DNA from: Candidatus Dormiibacterota bacterium
GTDB taxonomy: Bacteria > Chloroflexota > Dormibacteria > Aeolococcales > Aeolococcaceae
Length of the DNA: 64,000 nt
Direction of reading: 5' to 3'
Assembly: GCA_963823765.1 (NCBI GenBank)
Contig: CAWGML010000002.1
Coordinates: 92,337-156,336, forward strand
This document shows, piece after piece, positions 1 through 11,763 of this stretch. Below the pieces are notes generated by a model. The model saw nothing but the letters and a program-made list of their open reading frames with translations. It had not been told where the DNA came from and searched no databases. The first letter of the stretch is position 1; the number at the start of each line of letters is the position of its first letter. The position numbers and the translations under genes are program-made.

Positions 1-448
1 GTACGTCGGTGGCGTGATGCCGAACCTCAGACCCTGGTTGGTCTTGCCGCTGAACGTCGAGTCCGTGCAGGTGACCGTGATCGCACCAACCGTCGGGTCG
101 ACTGCGGTGAAGACCGCCGGACCGGCGTTGGTGGCCGTCACCGCCGTGCCCCGCGGCACATTGAACGTGTCCGGGCCGTCCTCGCCGCCCACGGACGACG
201 CGTGTCCCACCGTGGCCCCGGCAGCGCCCAGCACCAGCGGCGCATGCCAGCACCGCGAACGCTTTCCGCGAACCTCTCATCGCGTACCCCCTCATCACAA
301 CCTGCTCTCAGTGGAGCCCGCGCCGGGTTGTTGGCGACGCGCGCCCGATGACGCGAATGATACGTAACCGGACGATCGTCAGCGCAAGCCGGTATAGCCG
401 GAGCTGGTCCGCCCGCCGGTGCCGCGCCGCGAGGGGCGCCGGCGGTGG

Positions 449-1660
449 TCACTGCGAGCGCAGCGCCTCGATCGGTGCCAGGCGTGCGGCGCGCGCGGCC
501 GGGTAGACGCCGAAGACGAGGCCCACGGCCGCCGCGACCCCGACAGCGACCACCACAGGCAGCGGCGTGATGGCGATGCCGATGGTGGTGAAGTGGGGGA
601 GGAGAACCCCGACGAGCAGCGCCGTGCCCACCCCCAGCAGGCCGCCGACGACGCTCAGCGTCGCGGCCTCGATGAGGAACTGGCGCAGCACGTCGGAGGG
701 CGTGGCTCCCAGCGCCTTGCGCAGACCGATCTCGGTCGTGCGCTCGGTGACGGTGACCAGCATGATGTTCATCACGCCGATGCCGCCGACGAGGAGCGAG
801 ATGGCGGCGATGCTGGCGAGCAGCAGGGTGAGCGTGGTGGTCACCGACTGCGCCGTGCTGAGGAACGAGCTCTGGCTGACGATGCTGAAGTCGGCGGCAG
901 CGGTGTCGGTGATGTGATGCGTCTGCAGGAGCAGCTGGTCGGCCTCGGTGTACGCGGAGCCGATCGTCGTCGCGCTCGATGCCGCCACCACGATGCGCTG
1001 CACCTTGCCCTGGCCGGTCAGCAGGTCCTGGTCGGTGGTCAGCGGGATCACCACCAGGTCGTCGGCGTTGGTGAAGCCCGAGCCGCCGCTGCTGGTGAGC
1101 ACCCCGAGCACGGTGAAGGGGGTAGACGCGATGGTGACCTGCGAGCCGACACCGGCACCGAGGTTGGCGGCGGTGGTGGCTCCGAGCACGGCGAAAAGAC
1201 CGTGGTCGTTGACGTTGGCGACCGTGAAGAAGCTGCCGTCGGAGAGGCTGCGTGAGTTCGCCATCAGCCAGCCGGCGCTGCTCCCCTCGACGGTGGTGGT
1301 GACGTTGGTGGCGCCGTTGACGACCGTGGTCGAGCTCTGGTTCTCGGGGGCGACGGCGACGATGTCCGGCGCGTCGCCGCGGTCGGACAGACCACTGACG
1401 TCAGCCATCGTCAGCGTCGCCGCGCTGCCGGCTCCGCCCCTGACCCCGCCGGTGCTCGACGAGCCGCCGGTGATGGTGAGCTCGTTGGTGCCCAGCGACG
1501 CGATGCGGCTGTTGACCGAGTCCGACGACGCCTGCCCGATGCCCACGGTGGAGATGACGGCGGCGACACCGAACAGGATGCCGAGGGTCGTGAGGATGGA
1601 GCGGAGCCGGTGCGACGCGATGCCGCGCAGGCCCGTCTCGAAGGTGCGCAGCAAGCTCAT
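449..1660 (-). CDS. ABC transporter permease, MacB/FtsX family
   Basis: 403-aa ORF with an N-terminal TM helix, a large periplasmic domain and a C-terminal FtsX-type 3-TM bundle ending ...[16 protein letters not shown], which is typical of MacB/LolE permeases. It overlaps the upstream ATPase gene by 4 nt. Confidence 0.85.
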   Translation of the reverse strand: MSLLRTFETGLRGIASHRLRSILTTLGILFGVAAVISTVGIGQASSDSVNSRIASLGTNELTITGGSSSTGGVRGGAGSAATLTMADVSGLSDRGDAPDIVAVAPENQSSTTVVNGATNVTTTVEGSSAGWLMANSRSLSDGSFFTVANVNDHGLFAVLGATTAANLGAGVGSQVTIASTPFTVLGVLTSSGGSGFTNADDLVVIPLTTDQDLLTGQGKVQRIVVAASSATTIGSAYTEADQLLLQTHHITDTAAADFSIVSQSSFLSTAQSVTTTLTLLLASIAAISLLVGGIGVMNIMLVTVTERTTEIGLRKALGATPSDVLRQFLIEAATLSVVGGLLGVGTALLVGVLLPHFTTIGIAITPLPVVVAVGVAAAVGLVFGVYPAARAARLAPIEALRSQ

Positions 1661-2343
1661 GCGGTGATCGCCTCGAGGAGCCGGCCGTCGCGCATCACCA
1701 GCTGCCGCGACGCCACCGAGGCGACGTGCGCATCGTGGGTGATCAGCACGATCGTCCGGCCGCCGGCGTGGAGGCGGACGAGCATGTCGAGGATCTCGCC
1801 GCTGGACGAGCTGTCGAGGTTGCCGGTCGGTTCGTCGGCGAGGATGAGGTCCGGGTCGGTCACCAGGGCGCGGGCGATTGCCACGCGTTGCTGCTGTCCA
1901 CCGGACAGCTCGGTGGGGCGGTGCTCCACGCGGTCGGAGAGGCCCACGCTCTCCAGCGCGCCCATCGCCAGGCGGCGCCGGTCGCTGGCGGCGCGGTACA
2001 GCAGGGGCAGCTCCACGTTGCGCCAGGCGCTGAGTGAGGCGAGCAGCTGGAACTGCTGAAACACGAACCCGATGCGACGGTTGCGGATCGCCGCCAGCTC
2101 CCGCTCGGTCATGCGTTGCACGGCCTCACCGGCGAAGTGGTACTCCCCCTCAGTGGGGATGTCGAGGCAGCCGACGATGTTCATCAACGTCGACTTGCCG
2201 GATCCCGAGGCCCCCATGACGGCGACGAACTCGCCGGCATCGACGCGCAGGTCGACGTTGTCCACGGCGTGGACAGCCACGTCGCCGCGCCCGTACACCT
2301 TCGACACCCCACGGATGTCGATGAGCGGAGTTGTCACGCTCAT
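1657..2343 (-). CDS. ABC transporter ATP-binding protein (MacB/LolD-like)
   Basis: Walker [11 protein letters not shown]-loop, ABC signature [15 protein letters not shown] and Walker [13 protein letters not shown] are all present. The listed ORF extends to 2463, but its N-terminal 40 aa are low-complexity. The ATG at 2343 ([13 protein letters not shown]) fits the family N-terminus. Confidence 0.85.
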   Translation of the reverse strand: MSVTTPLIDIRGVSKVYGRGDVAVHAVDNVDLRVDAGEFVAVMGASGSGKSTLMNIVGCLDIPTEGEYHFAGEAVQRMTERELAAIRNRRIGFVFQQFQLLASLSAWRNVELPLLYRAASDRRRLAMGALESVGLSDRVEHRPTELSGGQQQRVAIARALVTDPDLILADEPTGNLDSSSSGEILDMLVRLHAGGRTIVLITHDAHVASVASRQLVMRDGRLLEAITA

Positions 2344-2734
2344 GCGCGCGAAGGTGCCCCTGCGCGGGCAAAGCCTGGGCGGCGAGGCGGGTCGCCGGCC
2401 GGCTGGCACAGGAGGGCGATCACGACAGCACTCGTAGTGATCCGAGCCGCTGAGGGCCGGCACGCGGATCGAGAGACTCCATCACACGGCCAGGACAGGG
2501 GGAGTGTCGGTGGCGGCCATGGCCGCGACGGTACGGGCGGGCACCTTACGCTCTGATGACCCCCGAGGCCATTGCGGCAGGGTGTCGATCAGGGTGACCA
2601 AGCGCTGGGTTCCCCGGGAGAGCAGTAACAGGGACGTCACGGGCCATCAGAGGCCATGGGGCGCCTGCACGCTGTTGGTCACAGAGCTCACCCCAGCGTA
2701 ATTCGCGGCGGAAGATGACTCCTATGGTCCGGCT

Positions 2735-4378
2735 GTGACGACTGCTCGTGCCGCGGGTGCGGCTCCACAGCTCAGGCTGGTTTCCGACGAGACGGAGAAC
2801 TCCACGCGACGGGCACCGCGCCGGCGCGCTGCGGGCACACGGCTGGCCCGTCTGGCGGCCCAGTTGGACCTCATCGAGTTGCTGCCGTTCTCGGACGCCG
2901 AGGCGGCTTTCGTTCGGGCACTTGCCCTGGAGCGGCGCGCCCGGGCTCTCGGGGCTGAGGACCTGCAGCGTCGGGCTCAGTTGATCCAGGCCGACGTGCT
3001 GGGGCGCAAAGGCAAGCACACTGCATCCGGTCAGCTGATCAAGGAGATCAACGACTGGGCCGAGTTGAACGGCGATCGCCACCTCCTGGCGCGCAGCCAT
3101 CGCTTGCTCGCGGCCTTCTTCAACTCCATGGGCGACATGCCGAGCGCATGGACCCACGCGGTGCGCGCGGTCGACCTCATGGATGACACGATGCCGGACC
3201 GCATGCGCGCCGACCACCTCCTCGGCCTGGGCATCGCGCTGGTCCGCACCGGTGCCTGGGGCGCGGCGGGCGAACGCTACCGCAGCGCGCTGCAACTCGC
3301 GGAGGGCCTCAACGACATCCACCTTCGCCTCAAGCTGCTCAACAACCTCGCGTGGCTCGAGGAGGAGGCCGGCGACCCGCACCGATCGATGGAGATTGCG
3401 CGGCGCATGCGAGCCCTCGCGGTCAAGCACCACGTCGCCCTGGATGCCGCCTGCCTTGACACCATCGCACACGCGCAGGTCATGCTCGGCGAGTACGCGG
3501 AGGCCGAGCGGACTCTCCGACCGATCCTGGAGGACCCTGACCTCGGCACGCGTGACAGCGAGGGTGTGGCTGAAGCGCTGCGTACCGGGGCCATGGCGCA
3601 GCGCATGCAGGGACACGCCAAGAGCGCACAGGCCACGCTCAATCGCTGCGTGCGTTTCTGCGAGGAACGTGGCATCGGTCTGATCCGTGTCGAGGCGCTG
3701 GAGGAGCAGGCGCAGCTGTACGCAGAGCAGGGAGACTTCGAGCGAGCGTATCAGCAGTACATCGAGTTCCACGATGCCGACACCGCCCTGCGCGCCGCCG
3801 AGCGTGAGGCCAATGCACGCACCCTGCAGGCGGTGTTCGAGACCACCGAGGCTCGTCGCGAGGGAGAACGCTTCCGCGAGCTCGCGCTTCGCGACGCCCT
3901 CACCGGCCTGCGCAACCGTCGGTTCGTCGAGAACGACCTCAACGCGCGCCTCATGCGCGCTGTGGAGGACGGCGACGCCTTTTCCGTGGCGCTCGTGGAC
4001 CTCGACCATTTCAAGCTGGTCAACGACCGGTACTCGCATGCGATCGGCGATGACGTGTTGCGCCGCGTCGCCGACGTCCTCGCCGCGGCAACCGCGGAGT
4101 CCGGTTGGGCGGCGCGGATGGGCGGGGAGGAGTTCCTGCTCGTCTTCCCGGGTGACGACGTGCACGCAGCCGCGGTGCGCTGCGAGGAGGTGCGCCGCGC
4201 GGTGGAGTCCTTCCGCTGGGACGCCATCACACCTGGCCTCCTTGTGACCGTGAGCGTCGGCGTCACCGAGGTGCAACCGGGTCGGGTCACCCAAGCCTCC
4301 CTTCTCGGCCAGGCCGATCGCAACCTCTACGCCGCCAAGTACTCCGGACGCAATCGCGTAGCGTCAGACTTGGCGTGA
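2735..4378 (+). CDS. Diguanylate cyclase (GGDEF domain) with N-terminal TPR-like/helical sensor region
   Basis: The C-terminal domain has RDALTGLRNRR, a DxDHFK-like segment and GGEEF, which are the canonical GGDEF active-site elements. The N-terminal 350 aa are helical and repeat-rich. It is divergent from the ABC exporter. Confidence 0.85.
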   Translation: MTTARAAGAAPQLRLVSDETENSTRRAPRRRAAGTRLARLAAQLDLIELLPFSDAEAAFVRALALERRARALGAEDLQRRAQLIQADVLGRKGKHTASGQLIKEINDWAELNGDRHLLARSHRLLAAFFNSMGDMPSAWTHAVRAVDLMDDTMPDRMRADHLLGLGIALVRTGAWGAAGERYRSALQLAEGLNDIHLRLKLLNNLAWLEEEAGDPHRSMEIARRMRALAVKHHVALDAACLDTIAHAQVMLGEYAEAERTLRPILEDPDLGTRDSEGVAEALRTGAMAQRMQGHAKSAQATLNRCVRFCEERGIGLIRVEALEEQAQLYAEQGDFERAYQQYIEFHDADTALRAAEREANARTLQAVFETTEARREGERFRELALRDALTGLRNRRFVENDLNARLMRAVEDGDAFSVALVDLDHFKLVNDRYSHAIGDDVLRRVADVLAAATAESGWAARMGGEEFLLVFPGDDVHAAAVRCEEVRRAVESFRWDAITPGLLVTVSVGVTEVQPGRVTQASLLGQADRNLYAAKYSGRNRVASDLA

Positions 4379-4425
4379 ACTCGCCGCCAGCGGCAGGGCA
4401 CCGGATCCTCGACGAGAGCTGACGA

Positions 4426-7400
4426 TCAGCTCTCCGACACCTCGGTCGCGTCCGCGCGCAGGCTGGCGGCCAGTCGTGCGGCCAGGACCTGCACGTGAGG
4501 CACGACGAGCATCGACAGGTGGTCTCCGGGAATCGGGTGCACGCGCAGTGGCCCTCGATGGAGATCGGCCCACCCGAGGGACTCGCTGCCGGTACGCTGG
4601 ACCATCTCGTCGGTGACGAAGAGGTCGAGTGGCGCGTCGTGCGCCGAGAACGCGTGTCGAGATGCCAGGGTCATCGCGCCGCGCCAGTCGAAGGGCCCGG
4701 CTGGTGCGGCACCTCCGCGCGGGAGCCACGAGGTGCCCACCCTGCGCAGCAGTCGCGCCGCAAGGCTGGCGAATGCCCGCAGCGCCGCACGAGGGCCCTG
4801 GCGCAGCTCGCGGGCGACCATGTCCCAGCGACCGCCGGGAGACGACAACCAGCGCAGGTGGCGTGCCACCACCGCCGGCGTGCCGCAGTCGAGCAGACCC
4901 AGCCACGCCACCGCCTCGCCGGCTGCAGTCAGGCTACCGGCGATCTCGTAGGCGAGTTGGCCGCCCACGGAGTAACCGGCGATGCGATACGGCCCCTGCG
5001 GCTGCTCCGCGCGAATGCGCTCGATCATCGGCCCCGCGACATCGCGGATGGTCCGCGGATCGTCTGCCAGGCGGCCACGGAATCCCGGGTCGAGGCCCAG
5101 CACAGCGTATTCCGTTCCCAAGGCGGCGCTGAAGTGCCGGACGGTGAGCATGCTCGAGGGGTCGGGGTACACGACGAAGAGTTCGTGCGACGTCGTCGCG
5201 CGCGACCGCCGCGACAGGGCCCGCGCCCCGCATGGTGGTGATCAGGGCCGCCATCCCTGCGACCGTCCCGGCTCCGTTGACGATCGAGGCGAGCGGCAGC
5301 TCGACGCCGAGCGCGCGATCCACGTCCGCGAGGAGGCGGGCGGCGAGCAACGAATGCCCCCCGACATCGAAGAAGTTCTCGTGAATACCCACGGCTTGGT
5401 CGAGCCCCAGGGTATCCGCCCACAGGCGTGCCACCTGCTCCTCGAGCTCAGTACGCGGAGCCTGTGCTCGCGCGGTCTCGTGGTCGTTCCAGTCGGGCGC
5501 CGGAAGAGCGGCACGATCGATCTTGCCGCTCGAGGTGAGCGGCAATGAGGGGAGGCCGATGATCGCTGCCGGCACCATGTAGTCAGGCAGACGCGTCCGC
5601 AACCGCGCTCGCAGCTCTCGGGCCGAAGCCACCGTGCCTGCCGGCGCCACGTACGCCACCAACCGTCGCTCGCCATCGGCGTCCGTCGGTGCCACCACCA
5701 CCGCCGCGTCGACGTCCGCCTGCTCCAGCAACGCCGCCTCGATCTCGCCGGGTTCGACGCGGAACCCGCGCAGCTTGAGCTGATGATCAGTGCGGCCGAG
5801 GTGCTCGATCCTTCCATCGTTGAGAAAGCGCGCCCGATCCCCGGTGCGGTACATGACCTCACCGTCGACGAAGGGGTCCGCGACGAAGCGCTCCGCAGTG
5901 AGCTCAGGCCTGTGCAGGTAACCGTCGGCCACGCCGGCGCCACCGATGCACAGCTCGCCGGCGACACCCAGGGCCACGGGCTCATCGGCAGTGTCCAGGA
6001 TGTACACACGGGTGTTGGCGATCGGGCGGCCGATCGTGATCGCGGCGCCGCGCTCGACGCGACCGCACGTCGACCAGACCGTGGTCTCCGTGGGTCCGTA
6101 CATGTTCCACAGCTCCGCCGCGCGATCGAGGATCTGTTCAGCCAATTGGGGCGGCAGCGGTTCGCCGCCGCAGAGGGCTCTCAGCTCGGGCGATCCCTCC
6201 CACCCTGCGTCGACGAGCATGCGCCACGTGGCGGGGGTGGCCTGCATCACGGTCACGCGCGTGCGCGGTCATGGCACGGATCAGCAGGCGGCCGTCCGAG
6301 GCCACAGCACGCGATGCCAGCACGATGCGCGCGCCCGTGACCAGTGGCAGCCAGATCTCGACCGCCGCGATGTCGAACGAATAGGTGGTGACGGCGAGAA
6401 GGGTGTCCTCAGGCCTCATCCCCGGTTCGCGCGCGAGCGATTGCAGCAGGTTGGCCAGGGCCGCGTGCGGCACGACCACCCCTTTCGGACGGCCCGTGGA
6501 GCCTGAGGTGTAGATGACGTACGCGGGGTCCGACCCTTCCGTGCGCGACGCCGGCGGACGCTCGCGCTCTCGGGCACGACCTGAGCCGACGGCGTCGGTG
6601 CACACGACCTTCCGGTCTTGGTGCGGCAGCGTCGCCAGGCGCGAGCTTTCCGTCAGCAGGATGGTGGCACCGGAGCCCTCGAGCATCTCGGCGAGCCGGA
6701 GGGGCGGGTCGTCGGGATCCAGCGGCAGGTACGCAGCACCGGACTTGAGCACGGCCAGCATTCCCACCACCATGTCGGGCGTGCGGTCGACACACATGGC
6801 GACGATGGCGCCCGACGCGGCGCCGGCGCGGCGCAGCTGATGAGCGAGCCCGTTGGCGCGGCGGTCGAGCTCACGGAACGTCAGGATGTCCTCGCCGCTG
6901 ACCAGCGCCGTCGCGTCCGGCGTTCTCTGCGCCTGCTCTGACACCAGGGTGTGCACGCACACGTCGCGCCGGGTGCGTGTCGTCGTGGCATTCCACTCCG
7001 TCAGCTGCCTGCGTTCGCCGCTGGTCAACAGCGGCAGCCTCGAGATGGGGTGATCCGGTTCCTGCACGACACCGTGGAGGAGCGTCAACCAGTGACCCAC
7101 CATGCGGTGCGCGGTCGGAGGGTCGAACAGGTCCGTCCGGTAGATGAGGCGACCGTCGATGTGGCCCTCAGGGCGTTCATCGAGCTCGAGATGCAGGTCG
7201 AACTTCGCGTGACCCACCGCGTTGCCGATCTCGGTCTCCATCTGGCGAAGGCTCCAGGCAGGGTCAACCGGTTTCATCGGCGGCTCGATCACCAGCATGG
7301 CCTGGAAGATCGGATTGGCTCCGGGCTGTCGCGGGGGATGCAGCTCGCGGACGAGGTTGGCGAAGGGGACGACGTGGTCGACCGCATCGAGAAGCTCCGA

Positions 7401-8460
7401 GCGCACCGTCGCCAGCAGCTGCGCGAACGTGGGATCGCCGGCGAGGTCGACGCGGAGCACCAGCGGCGTCATGCAGTACCCGACCATCGTCTGCAGCTCG
7501 GAGCGATCGCGGAGATCACACAGGGTGCCGAAGACCACGTCATCCTGCCCCGAGTAGCGATGCATGAGCACCGCGAACGCTGACGCGATGGTGGCGAAGA
7601 GCGTGCCGCCTGAGTGGCGGCTCAGAGAGCGAAGCTCGCCCACCAGCTGTGCGTCGATCCGGATCGGCAGCATGGCGCCGCGAAAGCGCTGCACCGCCGG
7701 TCGCGGATGATCGAGCGGCAGGAGGAGCTGCGGTGCTCCGGTGAGACGCCGCCGCCAGTGGTCCATCCTGCCGGCAACACGGGTGGTGGCCACCGCGGTG
7801 CGCGTCCGCGCCGCGTAGTCGGAGTATTGAACCAACGGCTCCGGCAGCTGCGGAACAAGTCCCGCGTCGTACGCGTCGTACAGCGCGACAAGCTCCGGGA
7901 GGACGACCCGGTACAGGCTGATCCCATCGAAGATGAGGTGGTGCAGGGCGAGGCAGAGCCGGTGGCTGTCCGCGCCGAGGCGGATCAGAAGGGGGCGCAG
8001 CAGCGGGCCCTGGTCGAGCTGGTAGGGGCGACGCGCCTCACCAGCGGCCAGCAGCACCGCCTCGCGCTCGGCGTCTGCAGGCGCAAGCCCGCTCAGGTCG
8101 ATCAATGGCAGGTCGACCGGCTGCGCCGGGTGGACCACCTGCACGGGCTGGCCGTCAATGATGTCGAAGGTCGTGCGCCAGATCTCGTGGCGGTGGATCA
8201 ACTCGGAGAGCGCGGCGCGCAACGAGTTCGACCGAGAGGGGACCGTCCTTGGTGATCGTGACGAGCTCGTTGTACACGGGCTCGCCCGGGGCCAAGCGGC
8301 TGAGGTACCAGAGATGCTCCTGCGCCACCGAGAGCGGCGCTCGCGCGCCATCAGGCTCGGCGTGCGGGTGCAGCGCGGCACCGTCGCGTTCCCGGCGACC
8401 GCGAAGTCGCTCCTCCAGGAGGGCGCGCTTGGCCGGGGTCAGAACGCGCGTGTGATCCAC
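4426..8460 (-). CDS. Single-module non-ribosomal peptide synthetase C-A-PCP-TE, reading frame interrupted at 3 places (pseudogene or indel errors)
   Basis: 8155..8460 holds the starter C-domain N-terminus (LTPAKRALLEERLRG...PLSVAQEHLWYL). 6138..8381 continues the C domain (HHLIFDGIS) and adenylation A1-A5 (YTSGSTGRPKGV). 4934..6256 holds A6-A10 (YRTGDRARF, GRTDHQLKLRGFRVEPGEIE, LPDYMVP) and PCP (FFDVGGHSL). 4426..5172 is a thioesterase (GYSVGG). The protein continues seamlessly across frame junctions near 8215-8240, about 6250 and 5175-5230. The likely GTG start is near 8460, preceded by GGGAGG. Confidence 0.7.
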
Positions 8461-8527
8461 CCCTCCCTTCCCCAAACGACACCTTTGCGGCGTTTGATGC
8501 AAAGGGTACCACAGGGCCGTCGCCCGA

Positions 8528-9679
8528 TCAAGCCGGCGTGAATCGCTCCAGCACCGCCCGCCATTGGTCGATGGCCTGGGCCTTTCCGTGGTGGGCGGCC
8601 ATCCACGCCCGCTGTGCCTGGGCCAGCTCAGCAGCGACTCCAGGTGGATCCTTCGTCGAGGCCAGTCGACCGACGACTGCGGGGAGGTCGCGCAGCGGCG
8701 CTTCCACCAGGCCAGGGGCGCCGTCCAGTCCCTCGAATGCAACGGCCGTGCCGGCCACGCGCCGACCCTGGGCGAGATAGTGGAGCACCTTTGTCTTGAC
8801 GCCGGCGCCGGACGCGAGCGGGGCCAGGCAGAGGTCGGCGACAGCGATGACCGAGTCGATGTCCTCGACTTTGCCGAGGCCGACGACACGGGCACCCTTG
8901 CCGTGACCGTGTACGCGGTCGCTGTCGCGTCCGCAGAGGACAACGGTCATGGTGGCCGGAAGCGACGGTGCCAGCACGTCCACGATCCATCGAGCCGCGG
9001 CGAGGTTGTGTTTCGCCGTCAGGGTGCCGACGAACAGCAGGATGGGATCTCCCTGGGCGGCACCCACGCGATCCTCGAGGTCCGCACGTGCCAGGGGGCC
9101 TGTCACCGTTTCGGCGAACGGGACGTGGTTCACCGTCATGATCTTGGGCCGCAGCGCCGGGTAGATCCGGCGCCACGCCGCTTCCTCTGCGGCGCCGATG
9201 GCAACCGCCACCGAGCAACGGCGCGCCGCCCACCGCTCCAGGCCCGACCACGTCAGCCGTTTGGCGACCACACCCGGCGAGAGCGGCAACCTCGCGTAGT
9301 GGAGCGCCTGGCACTCGTTGGTGTCCCAGATCATCGGCAGCGAGCTTCGAGAAAGCGCCAGAGCCGGCATGAACAGAGCATTGGCCAGGAAGATGACATC
9401 GCTGTCGGCAGCCACGTCGCTGATCATCCGGCTGAACGCGCGTGAGAAGCCGAAGGTGGGCTTGCGAGACGGCACGTGCAACGACCGCGCCCAGCTCGGC
9501 ACCTGACCTCGTGGCTCTTGCTCGCGTGTGCTGACGATCGCCGCCGGCCGGCCCAGCGCGGCGAGGCTCTCAGCGAGGATGCGCGAGCGGACCTGGAGCC
9601 CGCCATCCGGCTTCAGAACCGAACCGAAGGTGACGATCATCGGCCGCTCGGCCGTCACGCGGCGGGCGGCCCGGACCAT
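8528..9679 (-). CDS. Glycosyltransferase family 4 (GT-B, group 1)
   Basis: The C-terminal motif GAGVKTKVLHYLAQGRRVAGT is the EX7E-type GT4 region. It is a clear paralog of the C-terminal half of the GT2-GT4 fusion at 32788..34791 (MIVTFGSVLKPDGGLQVRSRILAE vs LLITFGSVLNPDGGLAVRSRVLAE). Start chosen at MVRAARR. Upstream ORF residues are low-complexity. Confidence 0.75.
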   Translation of the reverse strand: MVRAARRVTAERPMIVTFGSVLKPDGGLQVRSRILAESLAALGRPAAIVSTREQEPRGQVPSWARSLHVPSRKPTFGFSRAFSRMISDVAADSDVIFLANALFMPALALSRSSLPMIWDTNECQALHYARLPLSPGVVAKRLTWSGLERWAARRCSVAVAIGAAEEAAWRRIYPALRPKIMTVNHVPFAETVTGPLARADLEDRVGAAQGDPILLFVGTLTAKHNLAAARWIVDVLAPSLPATMTVVLCGRDSDRVHGHGKGARVVGLGKVEDIDSVIAVADLCLAPLASGAGVKTKVLHYLAQGRRVAGTAVAFEGLDGAPGLVEAPLRDLPAVVGRLASTKDPPGVAAELAQAQRAWMAAHHGKAQAIDQWRAVLERFTPA

Positions 9680-9726
9680 CGGCAGAGCATAGCCACCGGG
9701 CGAACTCAGCGCCGGACAGCGCCAGG

Positions 9727-11569
9727 TTACTGCACCAACCGGCCGCCCGCGGGTGGCTGACAGCCTCCGTCGCGGTTGTAGAAACCCGGCCCGTCCAGCC
9801 CGGGCCCGGTGATCCGCGGCCGGCTCGTTCCACCGCCGGCAGGGTAGGCAGTGTCGAACCACTCACCGAAGAAGTCCTGCAGCCTCGAGCTGCACGCGGC
9901 GCTGCGGTCGGGCAGCCATCGTTGGAACCCGGCTTCCAACTGTGCCTCGGTGATGTGACCTCCGCCGTACTGGCGCTGCAGCTGTTCCATGGCCTGCGTG
10001 AAGTTGGCGGCGCCGAGGATCTGGCGCAGCGCGATGTATGCGGCTCCAGGCCGAACGTAGGTCGGCGCGCCGCTGAAGAGGTCGAACGGGGTTGGGTCCG
10101 ACGGCGCGGCCGTCCAGAACCTGCCGCCCCGCTGATAGGTCTGGTTGAACACCGTGACCAGGGCGTGGTCGAACGCCGCCTGACCGGCAGGTGAGCCCTG
10201 ACCGCCGGCGGCCTCCTCGGCCGCACGCGCCATCCCCAGGTACTCACCCAGGGTGGCGAATCCCTCCTTGAAGAAGGTGAGGTTGTAGGCGCCCTCGGTC
10301 ACGTTGTCTCCCCACCACTGGTGCATGTTCTCGTGATAGAGCGTGTCGAGGTCGATGCGACCGCCGGGGAAGGTGATCATCGTCTGCATCTCCTCCGCGA
10401 AGCTCGCGTTGGGAGTGCCGATGAGGACGCCGTCGGATGTGAATGGGAAGGCGCCGTTGAACTGGCTCTCGAAGTTGGTGATGTCCTCCTGCTGGTTCAT
10501 GGCCGAGCGGTTCTTCTGCTGCCGCTGCGCGCTGATCGACGAAGTCCTGCACCTCGTAGTAGGTGGTGCCGTTGGCTGCCGTCCGAGACCGGATGTGGTA
10601 GTTGCCAACGCTGTTCTCGACCAGGTAGCTGGCGACCGGCGCAGTCGACCGCCAGTGCCAGGTTACCGAGCCGCCCGGGAAGTTGGCGTCGGCTCGGTTG
10701 ACATGTGAGGAGATGAGCACCCCATTGCAGACCACCTGCTTGCCGGCGTTGACGGTGTCGAAGAAGTCGTAGGGCACCTTGGCCGTCGGGTAGTCGTTGA
10801 GCGGCATCCAGTCCTCGGTGGCCACGGGCTCGGTGGTGACGAAACCGCCGTCCGGTGCGCGGAACCATCCCTCCGTGGTCCCATCGCCGTCGTTGTGCAC
10901 GCCGGGTCTGCCGGTGTAGTCGACCTTCACGACGAAACGAGACCCGGCGGCGATGGGAACCGGTGGCCGGACGACCAGTTTGTTGGCCGGGCACGGCTGA
11001 CCGTTCTGCGAGTTCATGTGAGCAGGGTCGGTGGACTGCAGCTCCGGCGAGCAGGCGGGAGGGAGCGGGTTGCGGTCAGGGCCCCCGACGGGGTTCCGCT
11101 GTGAGGCTTCGTGAGCGCGCGGGTCGGGGTCGTTCTGGCCGTGGGGGTCGCCCGGGTACGTCGGCTGCACGAACGTGAAGCTGGCGGGGTGACCATCCAC
11201 GGTGATCGCGTGCACGGTCATGTCCGGTCCATGGGTGTGATTTGCCGAGCGCTGTTCGAAATCCAGGCTGAAGTCGCGCAGGCACCGCGTGGCGCGGTCT
11301 GTCAGCACGACGTGGTTCCCCGGCAGGAACATGTTGGTGGTGGCGTCGTAGACCATGTGGACGTCGGTACGGATGCTGGTGTAGCCACCGTTGCCCGTGT
11401 CCGGGTACACGTGCGCACCGGGCCGGGAGAGCGTGTGCGCTCCCGGCGAGCAACTCGCACCAGATGGCGCCGGCAGCCCGGCGGCGGCAGCGGGCGACGG
11501 CAGCACCATGCTCGAGAACAGCGCCGTGACGCCGGAGGCCAGCGCAAGCTGCACACGATGGCCACTCAT
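9727..11569 (-). CDS. Secreted M1-family-like zinc metallopeptidase (HExxH...E gluzincin), one apparent frameshift near 10520-10560
   Basis: The N-terminus has a signal peptide (MSGHRVQLALASGVTALFSSMVLPSPAAAA). The motif HENMHQWWGDNVTEG-(x)-FKEGFATLGEYL gives HEXXH plus a downstream E as in M1 aminopeptidases. The protein continues from frame 10244..11569 into frame 9727..10608 (...DFVDQR / SAMNQQEDITNF). Confidence 0.65.
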
Positions 11570-11763
11570 GGCGATTCCCCCTGTCCAGACGCTCCGTCAG
11601 CCCGTCAGCGTACTGGAACGATCAGCCCTCCTTGCGGCGGTTGCACACACCGCCACGGGGAGCCACAATCCGACACCTGAGCGGGCCCAGCTGATCCCGG
11701 GTGACGGGGTGAGGCGACGATGAGGCCTCCGTGTGTGGGCCCGCTCAGCTCCCGCCGAACGTC

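Noticed and set aside
14-1255. Plus-strand ORFs 14..367 and 419..1255 at the window start
   Set aside because: 419..1255 is antisense to the MacB permease. 14..367 has no motifs and a Pro/Ala-rich composition. The first about 440 nt may instead hold the 3' end of another minus-strand gene that I cannot identify.
4426-8460. Calling the NRPS (and other frame-interrupted genes) definite pseudogenes
   Set aside because: Frame breaks are too frequent across unrelated conserved genes, and they preserve the protein sequence on both sides. Assembly indel error is at least as likely as decay, so they are annotated as CDS with caveats.
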